Source: Selaginella moellendorffii
Lineage: Eukaryota > Plantae > Lycopodiophyta
Assembly (NCBI RefSeq): GCF_000143415.4
Contig: NW_003314401.1
Location: 124,001-188,000, forward strand
Direction: 5' to 3'
Length of the DNA stretch: 64,000 nt
Of this stretch, positions 11,819 to 23,255 are shown one piece after another. Position numbers and translations under genes: made by a program. Within the stretch, counting starts at the first letter, position 1. Every line of letters starts with the position of its first letter. The notes below the pieces were generated by a model. It saw only the letters and a program-made list of their open reading frames with translations, did no database searches and was not told where the DNA came from.

Positions 11819-13346
11819 TTAAAAATCGAACTCTCCATTTGCCTGGAAAAAGAGAGTGAATTGAGAGGGTAGAACATGAAGCAAATTCAGACCTTTACAA
11901 AAAGAATGTCACGATTATTGAGGTGCATAATCCCATCCTTCAGGATACATTTCCACTTGCTCTTTGATCTAGTTACCTGCTAAGACAAAGTCAACTGCAT
12001 TGCAAGTGGCTCAAACTTCAAACAGCCAAACCTTCTCAAACTGCGCTAGTACGAGATGACTTGTCTTTGGCTCCTCACCGGCTTGATCGATGTCGTTTAA
12101 CTCGTCCTCCTCATCGTCATCTTGTTCATTCAAGGGAGGCTCTGATCCTTCGGATTCCACACCTTCCACTTGTGTTGCTGTCGCTACCAGAGTCTCGTTA
12201 GCCGGCTGCGGATGTTCTACATTCATAAACAAAAAGCCATGAAGACAGGCACTGTGGATACAACTGTTAACCTTCGTCGCCAGGCTCATTGTAGTCTTCT
12301 TGGGCAACCTACAAAAGAACCCATGTTAACAACAATCTAACAGTAGAGCAAACACACGCACTTCATCATCATAATTGTCATCTGCCCCATCGTGTTGAGG
12401 GATGCTCGGCCTTCGAGTTTCCTGGAGAACCAATATCTGTAAGGATGATAAAAGGAAAAGAAGTATGGAACTCCACCTCAGGGGTATCTGCGGCTCCGTC
12501 ATGCTGGGGAATATAGTCTCCAGGGAAATAGTTCGCGGGTAAGTCGTCCCGCTTTCTCTTTCCTGATGTAAGTGTAAAGAAGTCCTGCCAAAGCTCGACA
12601 TTAACCAAGCCAAAGCGGGCATTGCAAAGAATTTACTTTGGTAACAGGGCCTTGTCCGGAACCATTCTCTTCGTCTTCCTGACCCTCCTGGTAAGCTTAA
12701 AAAAAACAGACAGAGAAGAATGAAATCGCGTTAGATTTATCTTTCATCTTCTTCCCTGTGCATCGGAAACATACCGACATTAACGTCCACTCCTCGGTGA
12801 TTGTGTGAATCCTGTACAAGCCATTAGTACACCAAGCCGAGCGAGCAAGAAGAGAAAGACTATTGTTACATCGCCACCGCTCTTGTCAGCAATGGGTGTT
12901 TGATCCGGACCAGGTGTTGGCGTGGAGTACTGCCAAGCAAGCAATGTCACGGTTAAAAGTAGTCCCTTCTTTTTGGATCTCTCTCTCCTCACTTACCGGG
13001 GAGAAGAGGAGCTCGGCTGTGGGAGTGAACTCTTCGCTTCCTTGGTAAGGGATGTTGAGGTCCTGGACCGAGGTTGCTTGCGCGGCAGCGTTCCTAACGC
13101 CTAGGTTCTGGGGGATCTCGCCGGGAGAAATGGTACCCGATTGAATCATCTTGAGCTCCCACAGCTGCGTAATATCGCTCAGCTCTCCCGATCGAGAGCA
13201 AAGGGAGGAGGGAGGAGGGAGAAATTTACCGACTGGAGATCGTTGAGTACGCTCTCCTCCACATTCTCCGCTTGGAAATCCGCGCGGACATTGTTGATCA
13301 CGTCCTCCATGACATGGAGATAGACGCTGGCGACACTGGTAGCCAT
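11819..13346 (-). CDS. Transcription factor IIA large subunit (alpha/beta)
   Basis: N-term MATSVASVYLHVMEDVINNVRADF..LWELKM; IPQHDG cleavage motif; C-term HLVLAQFEKV..WKCILKDGIMH..ANGEFDF*. Confidence 0.92.
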
Positions 13347-13443
13347 GGCGAGGCGGAGCTTGGCGCTCTCCGGTCTGCCCTAGCGTCTAGCTAGGGTTGA
13401 GCGGCTATAAATAAAAGAACCTGGAATGGGTCCTTACTTAAAC

Positions 13444-15213
13444 CTAGTTCTTCCCAGCTATGGTGGCCGTATTGGCCATGAGCACGTAGGCGGAGGCTGC
13501 GTGGGCGTGGTCGCGATCGATTGCCACCAGCATTTGGAAGGCGAGCGATGCCACGCCCAGATTGTTCCACTTGCGAGCTGCCGAGAGGAGCGTGAGCCAG
13601 GTAACGGGGTCGGGGTCGAAGGGCATCGCCTCCACCAGCGTGAGGGCTTCTCCGAGCTGATTCGCGCGGCCCAGGGCATCGATCAGGATGTGGTAGTGCT
13701 CCAGCGATCGCAGATTTCGGGGGATCTTGGCCAGGACCTGCTTGCATCGCTCCACCAGGCCGGCATGGCTGCACGCCGTGAGCAGCGACAGGAATGTGAC
13801 GCTGCTGGGCTCCAATCCCTCGTCCAGCATCTGGCGCAGCGAGGCCAAGAGGAGATCCATGTCGCCGAGGCGCGCGTAGCCGTCGAGCAGCGCGGACCAT
13901 GTCACCACGTCGCGATTGGCGCACGAATCGAGCAGGGCTTGGGCGTGGTCCAGGCTCCCACACTTGGCATAGAAATCCACCAGCGAGTTTGCGACCACGA
14001 TGCTGGAAGAAGAAGAAGCGCTCGCTAATTGTTCTAGGACCCCAAGCCGGGATGCTTCCCTGTGGATGAATCTCCCAAGCTCCACGGCCGCGCAGCTTCC
14101 ACACGCATTGACAAGGATTGCGAAGGTGTGAGCGTCGGGCTCCAGGCCACAGTCCGGCATTCTCGCAAAGGCATCGAGAGCAGTGGCAGCGCTCCCGTTG
14201 TGGACGTATCCCAGCATCAGTGCGTTCCACGACACCACCGTCTTGGAGCTCGATGGAATGCTGTCAAACACGCGCTGGGCGTCGCTCATGCTGCCACACT
14301 TGGCGTAGAGATCGAGCAGAGTGTTTGCAACCAGGACGTCATCGACAGCAGCGGGTTGTATCAGCCGCGAGTGGATCGCAAAGCCTCGCGCCAGCGCCGC
14401 CACCTTGATCATGGTCACTGGACTGTCAGCCATCAGAGGCTGGGTCTGTTCTTGGGCGGCCAAGCTCGAGCACGCCTTGAGCGCGGCGACGATTGTCTGG
14501 GAGTTTGGGCGGCACAGGGGGATCATCCGCTCCAGCAGCTCCAAGCTCTTGAGCCCGTCTCCATTGCTGGCATAGCCGTGGATGAGCGCAGTCCAGGAGA
14601 CGACGTTGCGAGCGGGCATTCTTTCGAACACTCTGGCCGCCTCCTCCATGCAGCCGCACTTGGAGTACATGTCCACCAGGGTGCTGGCCACGAACAGGTG
14701 GAGCTCGCAGCCGCTCTTGGCCGCCTGGCAGTGAAGAGCCATGCCTCTCTCCAAGCTCGCCATCTTCGTCGTGGTGCAAGAACTCTCCTTGGCCGCCAGC
14801 TTGGTGCAAGCCTTGAGTGCCACGACGAAGCTCTGGGCGTCGGGAGCGCAGTGGTGGCGGATCATGGTGGCGAAGATCTGGAGGGCGAGCTCCTCGGCGC
14901 CATTGCTGGCGTGCGCGAGCATGAGCGCCGTCCACGAGACGACGTCGCGAGCGGTGCTGGGGATGGAGTGGAAGACGGTGCAAGCTTCTCGCAGGGCTCC
15001 ACACTTGGCATACATGGTCACCAGCGCGCTTGACACAACCACGTCTCGGTCGTGCCCGCTCGCCACGGCCGCGCTGTGAATTTGCCTCGCCTTGTCACTG
15101 TCGCTGCAAGCCTTAGACGCCGCCAGCAGCCAGCTTCGATTCGTCGTCACCATCGATGATTTTTGCCCGGCAATTCCGAGCTCTTGCCGCGCAGCACTCT
15201 CCCGCAGCTCCAT
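13444..15213 (-). CDS. PLS-class PPR protein (E domain, no DYW)
   Basis: MYAKCG..A..VF repeats, ACSHAGLV, YVLMAN end. Confidence 0.92.
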   Translation of the reverse strand: MELRESAARQELGIAGQKSSMVTTNRSWLLAASKACSDSDKARQIHSAAVASGHDRDVVVSSALVTMYAKCGALREACTVFHSIPSTARDVVSWTALMLAHASNGAEELALQIFATMIRHHCAPDAQSFVVALKACTKLAAKESSCTTTKMASLERGMALHCQAAKSGCELHLFVASTLVDMYSKCGCMEEAARVFERMPARNVVSWTALIHGYASNGDGLKSLELLERMIPLCRPNSQTIVAALKACSSLAAQEQTQPLMADSPVTMIKVAALARGFAIHSRLIQPAAVDDVLVANTLLDLYAKCGSMSDAQRVFDSIPSSSKTVVSWNALMLGYVHNGSAATALDAFARMPDCGLEPDAHTFAILVNACGSCAAVELGRFIHREASRLGVLEQLASASSSSSIVVANSLVDFYAKCGSLDHAQALLDSCANRDVVTWSALLDGYARLGDMDLLLASLRQMLDEGLEPSSVTFLSLLTACSHAGLVERCKQVLAKIPRNLRSLEHYHILIDALGRANQLGEALTLVEAMPFDPDPVTWLTLLSAARKWNNLGVASLAFQMLVAIDRDHAHAASAYVLMANTATIAGKN

Positions 15214-15421
15214 TGCCCGCCCTTAGCACAAGGTACTCCTTTTACAGGAAAAGCTCTTTTTTTCTTCTTCTAATGCTAGTTCTTGGGATGTTCTTACCAG
15301 CTTCGATGATCCCTCGTCGTCGCCATGCCGGCAATTCCAAGCTTTCCGCGCAGCACTCTCCAAGCTCCAATCTTAAGGTCACTCTTTACAACAAAAACTC
15401 TTTTTTCTTCCTTCTAATGCT

Positions 15422-16374
15422 CTAGTTCTTGGGGATGTTCTTGCCAACTATCTTGGCGGGCGTGATTCTCAACAGGTTGCCACGCTTGCCAGGAACAGCG
15501 CCCTTGACGAGCACTGCCCGCAGCTCCGGGTCGATTTTGATGATCTCGAGCTTGCGGATCTTTGTCTTTTGGAAGCCCATCCGGCCGGGCATCTTCTTCC
15601 CGGGATACACACGCCCCGGCGTGGTTCCAGCGCCGATGGATCCCAGCTGCCTGTGGCTCTTGGATCCGTGGGTCATGGGTCCCCGCTTGAAGTTGTGGCG
15701 CTTGATACCCCCTGGAGTTGGATCACACCGGTGAGTGACAAACAAAACATTGGAAAGATCAAAATCTAACCTTGGAAGCCTTTGCCGATGCTCTTGCCAG
15801 AAACATCGACTAGATCCCCGACCTTGAAGATGTCCTCGACGTTGAGCCGCTGCGATAGCTCGAATCCATCCACACTGACGAGCCGAAACTCTTGGAGGTG
15901 GCGCATGGGGATGGTGCCGATCTTGTTGAGGTGGCCGAGCTCCGGCTTGGTGAGCTTGGTGTCGCGGACGCGGAGGTAGCCGACCTGGACCGCGTTGTAG
16001 CCGTCGGTGGGCTCGGTCTTCACCTGGGTCACGATGTTCCCTTCGTGGAATCCAATCACCGTGACTGGGATCGCTCGGCCATCGGGCATGAAGTGGGTCA
16101 TCATCCCCACTTTGGTTCCCATCACACCGATTCCAGCCTCGTAGCTCATTGCAATCACGCTTCTCCTCCTCCTCCTCGTCAATCCGATGCCAATGCTACT
16201 GCTGCCAGTGCTGCTGCTGGGCGGCCAAGAAATTTGGAGACCACTGCTGAGGAATCGCGCTCTCGATCGCAAGCACCCAATGCCAGTGCCAGGGCCAATG
16301 CTGATTCCCTGCCTCGCGCTACAGCTCGTAGTACCTGGCCGTGCCCAAGACAATCCAGTCGCCATAGCGGCCAT
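15422..16374 (-). CDS. RPL3: Plastid 50S ribosomal protein L3 (uL3c), nuclear encoded
   Basis: Ser/Arg-rich transit peptide; [35 protein letters not shown]; one intron 15712-15770. Confidence 0.95.
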
Positions 16375-16432
16375 ATCCGCCACGTCGGACAAACGTGCTA
16401 GAACCCTAATTTTCGGAGGATGCTAGCAGTCT

Positions 16433-18967
16433 ATGCGCGGCAAGAACTTGGCGCGGGAGGAATGCCTGGCGCTGCCGATCGAGCTTCTGATCCGGGAATG
16501 CACGAGCTCGGGTGTGCTCCGCGATGCGAGGCGGCTGCATTCGCAGATCGTGGCGAGCGGGAGGGATGTGGGACGGGACAAGTTCCTGGCCAATCTGCTC
16601 GTGCAAATGTATGGCGCTTGCGGGAGCGTGGAGGATGCCGCGGGGGTTTTCCGCAGCATCCAGCAGCCCAATTCCTTCTCCTACAACATGATGATTGCGG
16701 CGCTCGTCCGCAACGGCTGCGTGAGCTACGCGAGGGATTTGTTTGACACATCGCGTCTCGTGTTTGATACGGTCTCGTGGAATGCCATGATCAAGGGCTA
16801 CATCGACAGCGGATGGATTGACGAGGCGAGGCAGCTGTTTGAGCAGATGCCACACAAGAGCACGTACGCCTCGAATGCTCTTATTGCAGCATATGCCCGG
16901 AGTGGGCAACCTGACGATGCCCAGCGCTTGTTTGAGACGATGACAGTGTCTGCCCGGCGTGATTTGTTCTCGTGGACGGGGCTCATGACCGCGTGCTCTC
17001 AGGGTGGCGCCGTTTCAAAGGCAAAGAAGGTGTTCGATGCAATGCCCGTGTGGGACGTTGTGTCCTGGAACGTTGTGATATCAGCACATACCCAGAACGG
17101 GCATCTTAAGAAGGCAAAGGCTTTGTTCGACGATATGCCAGAACGAAGCACCATCTCTTGGAACGCAATGGTGCAGGCTTACTGCCGCAGTGGGTTTCTC
17201 GACGAAGCGTGGGTTTTGTTTGAGAGCACTCGGGACAAGAATGTGGTGTCCTGGACGGGTATGCTGACCGCGTTTTCTCAGAAGGGTTACATGGGCAAAG
17301 CCGCCAACTTGTTCCACACAATGCCCGTTCGGAACGTAGTTTCTTGGACTGCTATGCTTCAGGGGCTTGTGCATCTGGAAGATCTCGATGAGGCGGTTGG
17401 CTTTGCCGGAAAGATGCCACAACACAACGACATGGCCTGGAATTCCATGATCATAGCTCATGCCCAGCACGGGGACACGAGGGCTGCGAAAGCATGGTTC
17501 GATGGGATGAGCTTCCGGAATGGTGTTTCCTGGGCTGCGTTGGTGGTTGCATTCTCGCAAGGAGGATGCTTGGCAGAAGCGCAAGCCTCGTTTTCAAGGA
17601 TACCTCGCCGGGATGCGGTGTCGTGCAATGAGATGATACTTGCGCTCGGGAGCGCGGGGCTGATGCGAGAGGCAAAGGTGGTGTTTGAAGAGGCGATTCT
17701 CGCGAGAGACGTTCTAACTTTTACTGCGATGGTGACGGCCCACGCCCGAGCCGGAAACGTGAAGGAGGCGAGACTTTGCTTCGAGAGAATGCCGCATCGC
17801 GACGTGGTCTCGTGGAATTCCATGATCCAGGCCTACGCCCAGAACGACTGCGTAGACGAAGCACTGGACTTGTTTGCGAAAACACCCGAGCCGGACCTTG
17901 TGTGCTGCAATGCCATGATCCACGCCTTTGCTCGTAATGGTCTGCTCGACGACGCAAGATCTCTCTTTGACAGGATGGCCACCAGGAATCTACTGACTTG
18001 GACTGGGATGATCGCCGCGTATGCTCAGCTTGGTCACGTCCAGAAAGCCATGCAAGTTTTCTCGAGCATTCCGGACAAGAAGGACGTGGTTGTGTGGACG
18101 GCTATGGTGGCGGCGTATGCCAACAACGGAGACATGGCAGGAGCTCGAGCGGTGCTGGACAGGATACCTTGCCGAGACGTCCCGGCTTGGAATGCTGCGA
18201 TCACGGGCTATGCCCTCAGCGGGCATCCCAGGCAAGCACTGGATCTCTTTGCCACAATGGACGTGGAAGGACTGAGAGGAAGCGAAGTAACGTACATCGA
18301 GGTCTTAGATGCGTGCGGCAACATGTCCTCAATCCGGCACGGGACAGAGATTCACGAAGGCTTGGCTGCTGGCTGCTCGGACAACGCAAACTCGATCAAA
18401 GTTGGCAATGCGTTGCTGAGCATGTATGGCAAATGCGGCCGGCTGGATCGAGCTTGGGAGATCTTCGTGTCCATGCAGCAGCAGCAGCAGCAGCAGCGTC
18501 ATGGCTGCAAGCAGGAGGAGCTCGTGTGCTGGAACGCGATGGTGGCGGCGTATGCACAGAACGGGCACAACCCCGAGGCGGTGGAGCTGTTTCGAGTGAT
18601 GAATGTGGAGGGCGTGGAGCCGGACGAAATCACGTTTGTGAGCTTGCTGTCGGCGTGCAGCCATGGCGGGATGCTGGAAACCGCGAGGTGGAGCTTTGAG
18701 TCGCTCCTCCAGCGAGACTACCAGGGAGTTGACGCGGCTCCCACGCACTACATGTGTGTGATCGACGGACTGGGACGAGCAGCCATGGCCGAGCAAGCCG
18801 AGGACTTGATCCGACATATGCCCTTCCACCCGGATCCAGTGGCGTGGGCGACTCTGTTGGGTAGCAGCGGTGTGGATGTGGGTGGTGACTGGGTGATGGA
18901 GCTCGATCCAGCGAACGCTGCCGCCTACGTCTTGCTCGCAAACATCCACTCCCGGGGCGAGGAGTAA
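16433..18967 (+). CDS. PLS-class PPR protein (844 aa, E domain, no DYW)
   Basis: ~20 PPR repeats; poly-Q from a (CAG)n tract at ~18475-18497. Confidence 0.93.
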   Translation: MRGKNLAREECLALPIELLIRECTSSGVLRDARRLHSQIVASGRDVGRDKFLANLLVQMYGACGSVEDAAGVFRSIQQPNSFSYNMMIAALVRNGCVSYARDLFDTSRLVFDTVSWNAMIKGYIDSGWIDEARQLFEQMPHKSTYASNALIAAYARSGQPDDAQRLFETMTVSARRDLFSWTGLMTACSQGGAVSKAKKVFDAMPVWDVVSWNVVISAHTQNGHLKKAKALFDDMPERSTISWNAMVQAYCRSGFLDEAWVLFESTRDKNVVSWTGMLTAFSQKGYMGKAANLFHTMPVRNVVSWTAMLQGLVHLEDLDEAVGFAGKMPQHNDMAWNSMIIAHAQHGDTRAAKAWFDGMSFRNGVSWAALVVAFSQGGCLAEAQASFSRIPRRDAVSCNEMILALGSAGLMREAKVVFEEAILARDVLTFTAMVTAHARAGNVKEARLCFERMPHRDVVSWNSMIQAYAQNDCVDEALDLFAKTPEPDLVCCNAMIHAFARNGLLDDARSLFDRMATRNLLTWTGMIAAYAQLGHVQKAMQVFSSIPDKKDVVVWTAMVAAYANNGDMAGARAVLDRIPCRDVPAWNAAITGYALSGHPRQALDLFATMDVEGLRGSEVTYIEVLDACGNMSSIRHGTEIHEGLAAGCSDNANSIKVGNALLSMYGKCGRLDRAWEIFVSMQQQQQQQRHGCKQEELVCWNAMVAAYAQNGHNPEAVELFRVMNVEGVEPDEITFVSLLSACSHGGMLETARWSFESLLQRDYQGVDAAPTHYMCVIDGLGRAAMAEQAEDLIRHMPFHPDPVAWATLLGSSGVDVGGDWVMELDPANAAAYVLLANIHSRGEE

Positions 18968-18974
18968 GCCAGTT

Positions 18975-19900
18975 GGATCTCCTTTCCAAAGCTTTCGGAG
19001 AATGGAGACGGGGCGCAGCCGCGTTTCAGAGCTCGCCATCTTCAAGCTGCAACGACGGTGAGTATAAACTCGCTTCTCCTTGCGCTCTATCATGGCGACA
19101 AAAGTGTTGCCGGTTCAACAGTCGTCGGCCAGGTACCTCCCGATCAAAAGATCTCAAAACAAAAATCGCCACTGAAAAGCTTGTCTTGTTGGTGACTATG
19201 GTTCTTGCAGGCCCTGGAGTCGCGAGAAATGCGGCCGAGTGCATGGCCAAACTCGCCTTCGTTCTCATCAGTGTTGTAGGGGACGAACATAGCTGGTAAA
19301 GGAGGCAATGATCTTTCCAAGTCTTCTAAACTTCGGATTTCTTCCTAGCAAATGCTCTGGTGGATCACTGGAAGGCTCTGGGCTTACCGACGAACGGTAG
19401 TAGTTCTCTCTCCGTTTTGCTCGCAGTGGAGAAAACAAAAAGAAAAGCCTTTTTGTGAGTCATAGCTCATGAATTATAAGATAAAACTTACGTACGATAC
19501 TGGAAACTGATGCTGGCTCGAACCACACTGGAACATTTGCTTGCTTCGCCACTGGAGTTTCTCCGTTAGCGATTGATGATCTATGAGAATTGGATAACCA
19601 CTTACACTCGCAAGCGGTTTCCAGTGACTCGGGAGTGAGGTTGGCATCCAGCGACACAGCCGGTGCTGCTTGGATGAGAATTGTGAGATCCATTCCGGGG
19701 TCAAGTGTTTCTCCTGGAAACTTGACCAGGAGAAGAAAGTACTGCGGACGAAACTGTTTAGTGTCCTCGCTTATATATCGCCAAACGAGAAAGAACTGGC
19801 TGGTTTGGGAGAAACACTATCGGAGTCTTGACACTGCTCTAGTTCCTAGTGGCTGAGCAAAGAGCAACACTACATCCATCTCCGCCTCCAAGCCACGTTA
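18975..19900 (+). pseudogene. Decayed copy of pseudouridine kinase gene with internal inversion (~19430-19743)
   Basis: Matches 29920-31070; frameshifts; central block is the reverse complement of ~30598-30930. Confidence 0.85.
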
Positions 19901-20005
19901 ATGAATCACCCATTAAAATTTCAATTAGAGCCAAGTAGGATTGCTCGAGAGCTGAAATCAGCTCTTCTTATTAAAACAAAACAACCTCTCTTGTTGGCTG
20001 CTGGA

Positions 20006-21549
20006 TCAAGGACATGATTTTGCCAGTCGTGGGACGAGCATTAGGGGTTCCTCTCTGATTAAAACAATGCCAAAGTAAGCTTTCATATTGACCTCGTCCT
20101 TTCCATCTGGGAGGCTCCACTCAAATGTGTGCAGCATTGTAGCCAGAGCATAGTGCACCATAGTGAGACCCATGCTCAATGCGGGACACATTCTTCGGCC
20201 TGATCCAAAGGGTATCAGCTCGAAGTTCTGACCTGTGACTTGCACATCAGACTTTGTCTCCAGAAAACGTTTGGGATTAAACTTGTTGGCCTCGCTCCAA
20301 GTAGATTCATCTCTTCCAAGAGCATACGCATTCACCAGCAGCCCTGTTCCTGCAGGAATGTTGTATCCCCAGATGTTACAAGATTCCACGGATTCGTGAG
20401 GAGCTAGCAAAGGTGCCGGAGGATGTAAGCGAAGTGTTTCTTTGACTATGGCCTGCAAAAACTCGAGCTTTGGGATATGCTCCTCCTCCACGGTACCTTT
20501 GCTTCCGACAACCTCCTCCAGTTCTTGTTTTACTTCTTGCATTAACTCGGGATTTCTCATGAGCTCGGCCAGAGCCCAATCAATTGTGACTGCGATGGCG
20601 TCTGTACCTGCTGCAAGCATATCCTTGAGACGCGAAAACAACAAGTTAGTACTTCAAACGTCTCCCGAATTAGACTATGTCTTACCGAAGTCAACGCCTT
20701 GATTCTGGTATCATCTAGAACTCCACCAGCAATCAAAACGTCCATAAAATCCTTCACCTCGTCATGAGACTCCCGGTTTTTCTTGTGCTCTTGAAGTTGC
20801 TCTCCAAGGTAGTTCACCAGTTGTGTTTGGAGCCACTTGATCCTGAAGACTTTGGGATCAGCCCAGCTGAGGCATGGGATAAGATCCCCGATTTGCAGAC
20901 CATTCCCAACTTTGGAGGCTTCATTGAGGTTGTTGAGGAATTCTTTCAGCTTTTCAGATTCACTACCTGAGGCGTCCGAAATGCTCTTGTTCAACACCAT
21001 GCGGCTCATGGTGTTGAAGGCGAATTGGAAAAACCTGGAAGTCATATCTACAGGCCTTCTCTGGTTGCATGCTTCCACAAGTTCCGTGATGAGCATGGAC
21101 ATTTCCAGCTTCCGCACGGGCTGGAACATCTGCACGCGCTTTGTAATGAAAAACTCAAGAGTGCAAATCTTCCTCAAATGCCTCCAGTGATCACCGTAAG
21201 GAGCCCATACCAAATCCGTCGCGTCGTACCCAAAATACTTGGCTGCTGAGTTTGCAGGCCTGGAAGCAAATGCACGGTCATGAGTCTTGAGAACTTCTTC
21301 TGCAGCAGCTGGTGTCGAAGCTACTAGTGTCTTGATTCTCCCCAGCTGCAGGTACATGAGCCCTCCATGCTGCTTTGCAAGCCGGAAAAGATACTCATGC
21401 GGAAGTTTCTTTCCTACCAAATGAATGTGGCCTATGATGGGCAGCGCTCTTGGAGATGGTGGAAAACTTTGATTTCGCTTGTTAGTACACAAGAGCACAA
21501 CTAGTATGAGACCAAGCGTGAGCACAATTGTAAGAATCATTTCTAGCAT
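20006..21549 (-). CDS. Cytochrome P450, CYP71 clan
   Basis: TM anchor, PPSPRALPIIG, ETLR, FNPKRF, heme motif FGSGRRMCPA; single intron 20624-20685. Confidence 0.93.
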
Positions 21550-21889
21550 ACTGGCATGTGGAAGTAAGCTTAGTTCTTTATGTATACAGATTGGAATATA
21601 CTTAGGTATCTTGCGACAAATATATAAGTATATATGTAGCTTTTGCTCAATCGTCACTTTCAATATCTTTTGTGGGTCAGGAGGATCCCAATTGTGACAG
21701 ATGGTCCCATTCCCCAATACATTATATTTTACATACAAAAATCAACAAGCAAAATTTATTCTGTCATATTTTAATAATGGAAGGCCCAACTTAGACAGCA
21801 ATATAAGAATGTGTTTTTAACTATAGTAATTAAAACACAAGATTCTAGATGGGATATAATCTACGCTATAAGGTGAGATCCTTAGGATC

Positions 21890-22830
21890 CTTGATGATTT
21901 TAGATAGAGTTTGTAGAAAAGCCGCAACTTCAGCCTCGTAAATGATCCGAGCATCAGCAGTAACATTCACCTGTCTCGCAAAGCGTGGTCAAATACCGAG
22001 ATCACATTAGATCACAAAGTTTACCTGTATTTGACTTTCCACCCTGAAAAGGCCAGCTCCGGACGTAACAATGGTGGGTCTAGATGAACTTACTGCCAGA
22101 ATCGCACTCTGCAAAAGAATAGCATTGATCCCGAAACTAGACAGACCTACATACTTGGCCCCCGTCAAAGCGATCCACTCCAAACATTCCCATGTTGGAA
22201 ATGGTGAAAGTTTCTGAATTAATGCAATGAGTATAACAATTGACTCCAACTTAAAACACAATATTTACCACCCATGCACTCGGATATCTGGAGCTGCTTG
22301 GCCCTGGCCTTCTTCACAAGTTTCTTCCACTCCCGTGATAAGGAATAAATGTCAATCTGAAAACAAGCACAGACGCTGAGCGAAGGCTGAGAGTTTGGCT
22401 TACTTTGTCAGCATTTTGGAGCACGGGTGTGATGAGACCACCATCGATGGCAACGACAACCGCAAGATCTATGCTGGAGTTGTAAGAGATGCTTTTCCCA
22501 TCCTTGCATCTTGCGTTCACAACTGGGTGTTGAGCAAGCGCTAACGCAGTGGCTTTGGCCAACAAAGCAGTCATGGTGACACCTTTGCATTTGATCTAAA
22601 GTCGATAAAGTAAAGGGATAAAGCCAAGAAGGAAAAGGATGTATTAGCGTCCGCGAGAAGAGCTTACTTGTTGGTAGAGAATGTCAAGTGCGGTCGTTGT
22701 GATCGTATATCCAACTCTAAAAGTGGGCACACTGAGGCTCTCCACCATATATTCCGAAATGAGAGTTTGCAATGTTGTGAAAGGTAACACCGTGTCACTA
22801 TCATGTCTCAGCAAAGCTCCATCGAGTTTC
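21890..22830 (-). pseudogene. Partial, degenerate plastid pyruvate dehydrogenase E2 (dihydrolipoamide acetyltransferase) catalytic-domain fragment
   Basis: MVESLSVPTFRVGYTI, GVTMTALLAKATALALAQHPVVNA, AIDGGLITPVLQNADK; no lipoyl domain; later exons disrupted. Confidence 0.8.
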
Positions 22831-23255
22831 TTTTCCTCTTTCATGAGCTCAGAAATCGTGGTGGAGGCAAATGTTTGCAGATCTGCAAGGGACGGGGCTT
22901 GCTCGCTTGGGCTATCATCAGCTGTGCAAGTTCTACATTGGCAGCAACGACAGTCGTAAAATCTACAGCGATTACCTGAGGATGCACTGGCACAGACAAT
23001 CTCTTTCTTTATCCCAATGAAGGTGATGTTGCTCCTCAGGTGCAAACGAGAAGCCACTGGTAGTGATACTAGGGGACGAAGATGCCATGCTCTTCCAGAA
23101 AGCATCGTGTGCCGTGAGCTGCGGTGGTTGCACAGTGTTGGGAGCAAGGAATCTTACTTCCCGCCCATGGCGACAAAAATGCTTTTACCAGCAGTCTCGG
23201 CGGTGACGGGGGCACGGAGCCCTAGTATATCCTAGCAGGAGCTCCTCAAGCGCCA

